DNA from: an uncultured bacterium | GTDB lineage: Bacteria > SAR324 > NAC60-12 | Direction of reading: 5' to 3' | NCBI GenBank assembly: GCA_965662235.1 | Contig: CBFIGY010000023.1 | Location: forward strand, 1-45,992 | Length of the DNA: 45,992 nucleotides | Part shown: positions 1-6,499 of the stretch, one piece after another | Numbering within the stretch: position 1 is the stretch's first letter | How the letters are laid out: each line of letters opens with the position of its first letter | The notes under the pieces: generated by a model | Database searches by the model: none | Told to the model about the DNA's origin: nothing | The model's input: the letters and a program-made list of their open reading frames with translations, nothing else | Made by a program: the position numbers and the translations under genes

Positions 1-72
1 GAAGGACACGAAGGACACGAAGGACACGAAGGACACGAAGGACACGAAGGACACGAAGGACACGAAGGACAC
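1..72 (+). repeat. Perfect 9-bp tandem repeat (GAAGGACAC)x8, encoding (Glu-Gly-His)8; may continue upstream of the window
   Basis: Read directly from the sequence; followed by a degenerate copy GAAGGCGCC. Confidence 0.97.
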
Positions 73-270
73 GAAGGCGCCAAGCACTCTGAGTTTCGGG
101 TGCAGTGGAACTGGCTCTGCCATGCTCCTGAAAACCTCAACACCCTCGACGTTCAACTCCTAAAGGCCTTTCCCCTTGCGGAAGAAATCCGGGTGCAGTG
201 GCTCATGCAGGGACAACAGGGAGCCCAGGAGCTCACCGGAGGCGAGACCATGCTCCAGGGCTGGAACTGA
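1..270 (+). CDS. zrgA: C-terminal part of a ZrgA/DUF2796-family periplasmic zinc-binding protein (5' end outside window)
   Basis: Frame +1 reads (EGH)8-EGAKHSEFRVQWNWLCHAPENLNTLDVQLLKAFPLAEEIRVQWLMQGQQGAQELT...N*, with TGA at 268-270. His-rich tract followed by the HS..C..L..FP..I.VQ..Q..L pattern of DUF2796. Lies directly upstream of ABC ATPase/permease/DUF3299 genes as in zrgABCD and PA4063-66. Not in the ORF track. Confidence 0.8.
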   Translation, partial: EGHEGHEGHEGHEGHEGHEGHEGHEGAKHSEFRVQWNWLCHAPENLNTLDVQLLKAFPLAEEIRVQWLMQGQQGAQELTGGETMLQGWN

Positions 271-274
271 CACA

Positions 275-985
275 TTGAGTGCTCCCCTCCTCAGTCTGAA
301 ACAGGTTCGGTTCCGCTGGCCCGGAAGCCAACAGGACACTTTGAATCTACCGGAGTTGCAGCTTCAGCCCAGAGAGCACGCCTTTCTGGAAGGTCCCAGT
401 GGCAGCGGTAAGTCGACCCTACTGTCGCTCATTGGGGGCATCCTCCTGCCTCATTCCGGTCACATCCGGATCCTGGATCAGGAGCTCGTCCCCCTCTCCG
501 CGTCCCAGCGAGACGCCTTTCGCGTGGCGCACTTGGGTTTTCTTTTCCAGCTCTTCAACCTGCTTCCGTACCTGTCGCTGACCGACAACGTCTTGCTGCC
601 CCTCCGGTTCTCCCGGACCCGAGCCGCCCGCGTTGGCCCCTCCACCACCTGGGAGCCTGAAGCAGAGCGCCTTCTCCAGGCCCTCGGGCTGGAAGCTCCC
701 TTGCGTGAGCAACGGCGCGTCACGGAACTGAGCGTGGGGCAGCAGCAGCGGGTTGCCGCCGCTCGAGCCCTCATCGGACGTCCGGAGCTGATCATTGCCG
801 ATGAGCCCACTTCCGCCTTGGATGCAGCTGCGCGGGACGGGTTCCTGCAGTTGCTGTTTCAGGAGTGTGACGCCTCCGGAAGCACCTTGATCCTGGTCAG
901 CCACGACGCTGCTCTCGGCGAACGCTTCACCCGCAAGTGGAACCTCGTTGAGCTCAACCAAGCTGCTGCGGGAGGTTCATGCTAA
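275..985 (+). CDS. ABC transporter ATP-binding protein (LolD/ZrgB-like)
   Basis: Walker A GPSGSGKST, signature LSVGQQQR, Walker B IIADEPT and H-loop VSHD. TTG start at 275, just after the zrgA stop, preferred over the ORF-track start at 176. Confidence 0.9.
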   Translation: MSAPLLSLKQVRFRWPGSQQDTLNLPELQLQPREHAFLEGPSGSGKSTLLSLIGGILLPHSGHIRILDQELVPLSASQRDAFRVAHLGFLFQLFNLLPYLSLTDNVLLPLRFSRTRAARVGPSTTWEPEAERLLQALGLEAPLREQRRVTELSVGQQQRVAAARALIGRPELIIADEPTSALDAAARDGFLQLLFQECDASGSTLILVSHDAALGERFTRKWNLVELNQAAAGGSC

Positions 986-2235
986 CCCTCATCACCCAGT
1001 CCCTCTGGAACCGACGGGGCACCGCGTTCCTGACCGTGTTCTCAATTGCCGTCAGCGTCCTCCTGCTGCTGGGGGTCGAGCAGATCCGCAAGAGCGTCCG
1101 GAGCAGCTTTGCCAGTGCGGTTTCTGGAACCGACCTCATTGTGGGCGCCCGGGGCGGATCTCTGCAGCTGCTGCTCTACTCAGTCTTCCGCATTGGCAAC
1201 GCGACCAACAACCTCACCTGGGAAAGCTACCAGACCTTTCAGCAGGACCCTCGGGTCCGCTGGACGATTCCGTTTTCCCTGGGGGACTCGCACCGCGGGT
1301 TCCGGGTGCTCGGGACCAACCTGGACTACTTCCGGCACTTTCGGTACGGGAGTCGGCAGCCCCTCACCTTTGCCACAGGAAAGCCGTTTGCCGGCGTCTT
1401 TGAAGCCGTCCTTGGCGCAGAAGTCGCCCGGAAGCTGGGGTACGAACTGGGCGAACGCCTGATCATTGCGCATGGCACCGGAAGCACCTCCTTCCTGCAG
1501 CATGAAGACCGTCCCTTCACGGTGGTGGGCATCTTGGCGCCAACAGGGACTCCGGTGGACCAGACCGTTCACGTGAGCCTAGAAGGCATTGAGGCCATGC
1601 ACTTGGACTGGGAAAGCGGCGCTCCTCCGATGGAAGGAACCGGCCTCTCCACAGAAGAGGTCCTCCAGCAGCAGCTGAAGCCTCAGGCGATCACCGCGTT
1701 TTTGGTCGGCTTGCGGTCCAAGATCCAGGCCTTCCGCCTGCAACGGGACATCAACACCTACTCGGAGGAGCCCCTCTCAGCGATCCTCCCAGGAGTCGCC
1801 CTCCGGGAGCTGTGGGAGCTGCTCCGCGTCGCCGAGACCGGGCTCCGGGTGATCAGTGGTTTCGTGGTGCTTGCCGGTTTGCTGGGCATGCTCACCGCAC
1901 TGCTCTCCGGACTCAATGAGCGCCGGCGGGAAATGGCGATCCTCCGTTCCGTGGGCGCTGGTCCGCGGACTCTTTTTGGTCTGCTGATGGGCGAAGCCGC
2001 CTTGCTCACGCTCGCAGGTGTCGTTTCTGGAACGGCAATGCTGTATGCTCTTCTCGGAAGCCTCCGTCCCCTCCTCAAGGAACAGCTGGGGCTCTTCCTC
2101 CCGCTTGAACCGCCTGGGCTTCTGGAAGCTGGGCTTTTGGGAGGAGTGGTGCTGGCCGGAGTCCTGATGGGAGCTGTTCCGGCCTGGCGAGCTTACCGAC
2201 AGTCTCTGGCCGACGGCATGACGATTCGGCTGTAA
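979..2235 (+). CDS. ABC transporter permease, MacB/FtsX family (ZrgC-like)
   Basis: N-terminal TM, periplasmic domain (DLIVGARG, SLGDSHRGFRV) and C-terminal ERRREMAILRSVGA FtsX motif with 3 TMs. Confidence 0.92.
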   Translation: MLTLITQSLWNRRGTAFLTVFSIAVSVLLLLGVEQIRKSVRSSFASAVSGTDLIVGARGGSLQLLLYSVFRIGNATNNLTWESYQTFQQDPRVRWTIPFSLGDSHRGFRVLGTNLDYFRHFRYGSRQPLTFATGKPFAGVFEAVLGAEVARKLGYELGERLIIAHGTGSTSFLQHEDRPFTVVGILAPTGTPVDQTVHVSLEGIEAMHLDWESGAPPMEGTGLSTEEVLQQQLKPQAITAFLVGLRSKIQAFRLQRDINTYSEEPLSAILPGVALRELWELLRVAETGLRVISGFVVLAGLLGMLTALLSGLNERRREMAILRSVGAGPRTLFGLLMGEAALLTLAGVVSGTAMLYALLGSLRPLLKEQLGLFLPLEPPGLLEAGLLGGVVLAGVLMGAVPAWRAYRQSLADGMTIRL

Positions 2236-2255
2236 CGTTTTATCCTCACCCCTCT

Positions 2256-2723
2256 ATGCGTCACCTTTCCCTTTTCGTGGTCCTGCTCCTGAGCCTGCTG
2301 GTCGGAGCCTCGCCTGCTGCGGCCATCAGCATCTTCTCCAAGCCTCAGGAACTCACCTGGCAGGACCTGCGGAAGCTGAATCCAGAAACTGGAGAAGCGC
2401 CTCCGAGCCTCATGAACCTCAGGGGTGCCCCCGTCAAGATTCCGGGATATGCGGTTCCGATTGAAGGCGACAGCGGTTTCGACTTCGTCAAGGAGTTCCT
2501 GCTGGTTCCGGTGTTTGGGATGTGTGTGCACGTGCCGCCTCCGCCTTCCAACCAAGTGGTGTACGTGGTCATGAACAAGCCGGTGCCCATTGAGGACCTC
2601 ATTGATGCTGTCTGGATCTCCGGCATTCTGGAGATGGACTCCATCACGGTGGGGGGGGAGATGGTCTATGAAACCGAGGCGAGCTTCCGGCTCATTGGAG
2701 AGAGCGTCGAGCTATACGAGTGA
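2256..2723 (+). CDS. DUF3299 domain protein (ZrgD/PA4066-like)
   Basis: Signal peptide; motifs V.IPGY.VP, EFLLVP.FG.C.HVPPPPSNQVVYV and VWISG; position in the operon. Confidence 0.88.
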   Translation: MRHLSLFVVLLLSLLVGASPAAAISIFSKPQELTWQDLRKLNPETGEAPPSLMNLRGAPVKIPGYAVPIEGDSGFDFVKEFLLVPVFGMCVHVPPPPSNQVVYVVMNKPVPIEDLIDAVWISGILEMDSITVGGEMVYETEASFRLIGESVELYE

Positions 2724-2799
2724 GCCACGCTTGACGCAGCGTCACCTGTCCGGAAAGAGGAAGGAGCGGCGGCCTCGAAAGGCAGCCGGAGAGTCGCTC

Positions 2800-3168
2800 T
2801 TAGGGCTTGGGGTCGGAAAAGACGCGGGCCAGGTCTTGGCGGTAGCGGATGAGGAATCGCTCCTTAAAGCTGGACACCAGGATGATGCTGAGGAGCGTTG
2901 CAATGGGACTGAACACTGCCAGTCCGTGTTCCAGCACCAGAAACACGTCGGCCACCAGCGCACCAATTTCCAGCAGCTTCAGCCCATCAATGCGCAGCCG
3001 ATACCGGACGTAGATCCACAGTGAGTAGCCTTTGACCAGCACGGTCACGATTGCCGTTCCGAGGCTGAGGTAGAGGAGCAGGTCCAGCGAAGCCAACGCG
3101 AGGGAGAGGAAGAGGGACGTCCGGAGCGCGCGCTCAACGAAAGCGTCATCTTGATAATCAGGGTCCAT
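2800..3168 (-). CDS. Hypothetical membrane protein (3-4 TM)
   Basis: 122-aa ORF with hydrophobic stretches, co-oriented and 27 bp downstream of the DsbD-N gene. Confidence 0.65.
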   Translation of the reverse strand: MDPDYQDDAFVERALRTSLFLSLALASLDLLLYLSLGTAIVTVLVKGYSLWIYVRYRLRIDGLKLLEIGALVADVFLVLEHGLAVFSPIATLLSIILVSSFKERFLIRYRQDLARVFSDPKP

Positions 3169-3195
3169 ACGGGCTCATGAGGGGGGAAGGCAGGT

Positions 3196-3693
3196 TCAGG
3201 GTTGAACGCTGAGCGCAACGACCACGTCCTGCGTTTGAGGCGGAAGGCAAATCTGTTGATTGCATGCCTGATACACCAACTGCCCGAATGCGGTTTGTTC
3301 CCCTTGCGGGGCGTCTGGATGTAACTGAACCGTTTGGGTCAGCTCAAAGGGTTGGGCGTGTGCCAGCAGGTCCAGCTGATACGCGGCATCAGCGACCGTC
3401 TGCGGAGGCGTCTCCTGGAGCGGTCCGGAAGGCGCCAGCCACGGTGTCTGCAGCACCAAGCGAGTCGGCTCCGGACCCCACTCGCCTTGCGGAGCCACGG
3501 AGTAGAGGTGCCATCCCGGCGCCGGTGTCACGTACACCCGCAAGGTGGTCTCTGCTCCCGCGGGCACTTCATACTGGGCCACCTCCGCGTACACCTGCGG
3601 AGGTTCCGGCTCCTCAGTGGCTCCAAACCCAAGCAGCCCCTGCGCCATCACACTGACGCTTCCGGCCAGCCAGAAGAGGAGCGCGAGCGTCAT
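3196..3693 (-). CDS. Secreted protein with DsbD N-terminal (disulfide reductase alpha-domain-like) fold
   Basis: Signal peptide, GWHLYS motif and C-terminal YQAC...ICLPP Cys pair; ATGA overlap with the ppiD stop. Confidence 0.8.
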   Translation of the reverse strand: MTLALLFWLAGSVSVMAQGLLGFGATEEPEPPQVYAEVAQYEVPAGAETTLRVYVTPAPGWHLYSVAPQGEWGPEPTRLVLQTPWLAPSGPLQETPPQTVADAAYQLDLLAHAQPFELTQTVQLHPDAPQGEQTAFGQLVYQACNQQICLPPQTQDVVVALSVQP

Positions 3694-5588
3694 GCCCCCG
3701 GCATCTGCAGCAAGGGGGTCGTGATTTCAATAGAGGCCGTTTCGCGCAGACGCTTGACCTCTTTTTCCAAAATGGCCTGCTGCTGCAGACGCTTGAGGCT
3801 TGCCCGAACGGCCGCCTTGCGTTGTTCCCTGTCGGTGTCATCCAAGGAGCGTTGCTGAAACTCGATCAGGTCCACGCGGTTGCCATTCTCGCTCAGCCCA
3901 AATGCCTGATCGGCACTCAGGTGCAGCGCCACCTTGCGGAATTCCTGATTGTCCCCCAGCTCTGGGAGGAAGCGGGTGCCTGCCGCAAACTGCATCGGCG
4001 CCACTTCCAAGCCTCGGGCTTCTGCCAGGCTGGTCAGCGAGACGCCTTGCTGGGCCTGCTCCAGTGCCACTGCCGCTTCTGCTTTGGCTCGCTCCAGTGC
4101 CTGCTCCCGGCGGACGGCTTCCAGCACCTGTTCCCGGGCCGCTTCAAAGTCCAGAGGCTTGGGCTCTTCGTAGGCGGTGAGCTTCCAGACCACGTGTCCC
4201 TGCACCGGATTCCGTTGCCAAACACCAGCAGCTTCCAGAGGTTTACCATCCAACTGCCCGATCAGTCCGGACACGGAACCGATGCCCTCCACCACGGTCT
4301 CCCGGGAGAAGAGCTGCGAGTCCTGGACTGCTGAATTGTAAGACGCGGCCAGCTCAGCCAGCGGCTTGCGCCCAACGGTGTCATCAACACGCACCAGGGC
4401 TTCTTCCAGATCGCTCTCTGCCCGCTGGTCAGCAAGGAGCCCGACGATCTCTTCACGGACGTCATCCAGGCTCTGCTCCACCTGCTCCTTGCGGTCATCC
4501 ACCTGAATGAGGTGCAGGCCAAACGGCGACTCCACCACCTGACTCAGCTCGCCTGGAGCCAACTCAAACGCTGCTTGTTCAAAGGCAGGCACCATCTCTC
4601 CGGGCTTGAACCAACCCAGATCCCCGCCTTGTTGTGCTGAAAGGTCTTCCGAAAGCTCCTGAGCCACTGCCGCAAAGTCTTCTCCGGCAACAATCCGGGC
4701 CCGGACCGATTCCAGAGCGGTGCGGCGCTCCTCCTTCAGCACATCGCTGGCTTCCGGATCCAGCTTGAAGAGGATGTGCCGCGCCTTGACTTCCGGAGGC
4801 GAGGTGAAGCGGTCGAGGTTGCGCTCGTAGTAACGACGGACCTCGCGCTCCCGGACCTTGTCCGCTTGGTTGAACTGTGAGAGCTTGAGCGTAAAGAACT
4901 CCACCTGGTACTGAGCCTCAGACTGAAACTCATCCGGGTGCGCCTCATGGTAGGCCTGAAGCTCCTCATCGGTCGGCGCCACCTGGTCCAGAAAGGCTTC
5001 CGGGTCAAAGTGAACGTAGTTCAGCTCCACTTGCTCGTACTGCTGACGATAGGCACGCTCCACTTCCGTGTCACTCACCGCTAGGCCAATGCCCAGCAGC
5101 CGCTGCTTCTTCTGCACCAGCAGGTCCCGACGCAGGCCATCCTCATACTCAAAGAGCGGGATCCGGTTCTGCCGCAGAACCTCTTTGTACACGTTGGCGT
5201 CAAACTGTCCGTTGCGCTGGAAGTACGGTTGCTGGCGAATGTAGTCCTGCAGCTCCAGGTCCGTCACCATCACGTTCAGTTCCTCAGCCTCACTGAGGAG
5301 CAGTTCCTGATCCACCAGCTGCTGCATCACCTGCTGCCGGAGGTTCATCTGCTCAGCAAAGCGTTCTGTGTTCTCGCCGAGCTGCTGCCGGAGGGCTTCC
5401 AGACGGTTGCTGTACGCCCGGCGGAAGTCCTTCATGAGGATTTCCCGACCGTTTACCACAGCGACAACTTCTTTACGGTCCCCAAAAAAGGACCCGACTC
5501 CTAGGGAGATGACCAGAGAGACAGCGACAATGCCCAAGATGATCTTGAAGCCGAGGCTCTCGGAATATTCGCGAAATTCCTGAATCAT
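3690..5588 (-). CDS. ppiD: Periplasmic chaperone/peptidyl-prolyl isomerase PpiD (SurA N-terminal domain plus parvulin)
   Basis: N-terminal TM, SurA_N region and parvulin motifs ARHIL, SED, GGDLGWF, FEQAAF, GLHLI; 632 aa. Confidence 0.9.
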   Translation of the reverse strand: MIQEFREYSESLGFKIILGIVAVSLVISLGVGSFFGDRKEVVAVVNGREILMKDFRRAYSNRLEALRQQLGENTERFAEQMNLRQQVMQQLVDQELLLSEAEELNVMVTDLELQDYIRQQPYFQRNGQFDANVYKEVLRQNRIPLFEYEDGLRRDLLVQKKQRLLGIGLAVSDTEVERAYRQQYEQVELNYVHFDPEAFLDQVAPTDEELQAYHEAHPDEFQSEAQYQVEFFTLKLSQFNQADKVREREVRRYYERNLDRFTSPPEVKARHILFKLDPEASDVLKEERRTALESVRARIVAGEDFAAVAQELSEDLSAQQGGDLGWFKPGEMVPAFEQAAFELAPGELSQVVESPFGLHLIQVDDRKEQVEQSLDDVREEIVGLLADQRAESDLEEALVRVDDTVGRKPLAELAASYNSAVQDSQLFSRETVVEGIGSVSGLIGQLDGKPLEAAGVWQRNPVQGHVVWKLTAYEEPKPLDFEAAREQVLEAVRREQALERAKAEAAVALEQAQQGVSLTSLAEARGLEVAPMQFAAGTRFLPELGDNQEFRKVALHLSADQAFGLSENGNRVDLIEFQQRSLDDTDREQRKAAVRASLKRLQQQAILEKEVKRLRETASIEITTPLLQMPGA

Positions 5589-5901
5589 GGTATGGATCTG
5601 AAAGTAAAAAGATAAAACTTACTTTTTAGCAAATTTCAGCTGGGTTGCAAGCTAATCCCCGTTCCCCGCGTGAAACGGGGCGGCGTCTTTTGCCTCCGCT
5701 CAGGGAGCGTCCGCCTGAAATGCGGCCCCGGAGAGCACGGAGTTTAAACGAGAGGGCACGGAGCAAAGACGAGAACGCAGTTCCTCAGCAAAGCCGAAGG
5801 GCTCGACAATCTTCCCCGGCTTTTGGGTCGTTTTTGTCATTTTTGTCAAACCCCTCAGCCCCTGACAGCGCCGGAGCCCGCTTTTTGTCCGACCTCCGGG
5901 A

Positions 5902-5918
5902 CTGGTATGGCACTTGTA
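5902..5918 (+). promoter_or_regulatory. Possible sigma54 (-24/-12) promoter-like element
   Basis: CTGGTATGGCACTTGTA compared with consensus YTGGCACGNNNNTTGCW. GG-N10 spacing is correct but -12 reads GT instead of GC. Confidence 0.3.
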
Positions 5919-6206
5919 GCACTCGCTCGCCCTGTTCCTGTAGGAGGCCCTGTGGGCTCCCCCGGAGGGGATTGACCCCTCTTTCTTAATTTTAGCTGGT
6001 ATTCCCATGAAAAATTGTATTTCCTCACAAGAGACCTAATTGGTTGTGAGATGAGTCAGAGGGAGGGCTCGCTGGGGGCGGACCTCTTCATCTTTCTGTT
6101 TTATCTCAGTTGAAAATTCATCAGAGGTGGGCTAACTTAGCAGCTTGTTTACAGGCCTCATGGACGAGGCTTATCAATGAGTTCATCAGGCTGATTAGGA
6201 GCCAAC

Positions 6207-6380
6207 ATGAATCTGGATTATCAAAAAGATCAGACGTATCCCAAGCTGAAGCAGCGCATGGAGGAAGAGCTTCAGGAAGAACAGGAGTTCTCCGATGACT
6301 TGGACACCGTCTGTGGCGAAATCCTCTCCGAGTTAGAGCAAGCGGATCAGGTCCTCCGGAAGCTTTCGGAAACCTGCTAA
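6207..6380 (+). CDS. Small acidic hypothetical protein (57 aa)
   Basis: TAGGAG RBS at 6196-6201, ATG at 6207, TAA at 6378-6380. Translation MNLDYQKDQTYPKLKQRMEEELQEEQEFSDDLDTVCGEILSELEQADQVLRKLSETC. A hairpin follows. Below the apparent 60-aa cutoff of the ORF track. Confidence 0.7.
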   Translation: MNLDYQKDQTYPKLKQRMEEELQEEQEFSDDLDTVCGEILSELEQADQVLRKLSETC

Positions 6381-6403
6381 CCGCCTTCCCTCGTTACCTG
6401 CTG

Positions 6404-6429
6404 GAAGCGGTTCGGCCAGGAGCCGCTTC
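6404..6429 (+). terminator. GC-rich hairpin after the small ORF (terminator or stabiliser; no U-tract)
   Basis: GAAGCGGTTC-ggccag-GAGCCGCTTC, a 10-bp stem with one G-U pair. Confidence 0.45.
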
Positions 6430-6499
6430 TGGGAGCCTGCACTCAACGGCTCCCCCCTCCTCTGCGTTGCCCCCTCCTCGTTTTTCCGAATCGGATGAT

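Noticed and set aside
1..78. Tandem repeat as a CRISPR array
   Set aside because: 9-bp units with no spacers, in frame within a His-rich coding tract; no cas genes.
176..274. N-terminal extension of the ABC ATPase in the ORF track
   Set aside because: Overlaps the zrgA C-terminus in another frame; TTG at 275 fits the family length and operon spacing.
5740..5820. c-di-GMP-I riboswitch suggested by GCAAA and GCAAAGCC words
   Set aside because: I could not build the P2 stem with GNRA tetraloop or its receptor.
5700..6008. 102-aa minus-strand ORF containing CYKCH (possible cytochrome c)
   Set aside because: No signal peptide and no recognisable fold; the motif coincides with the plus-strand promoter-like sequence and is probably chance.
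6110..6298. 62-aa ORF from the track
   Set aside because: TTG start without an RBS; the overlapping 6207-6380 frame has a strong RBS and more protein-like composition.
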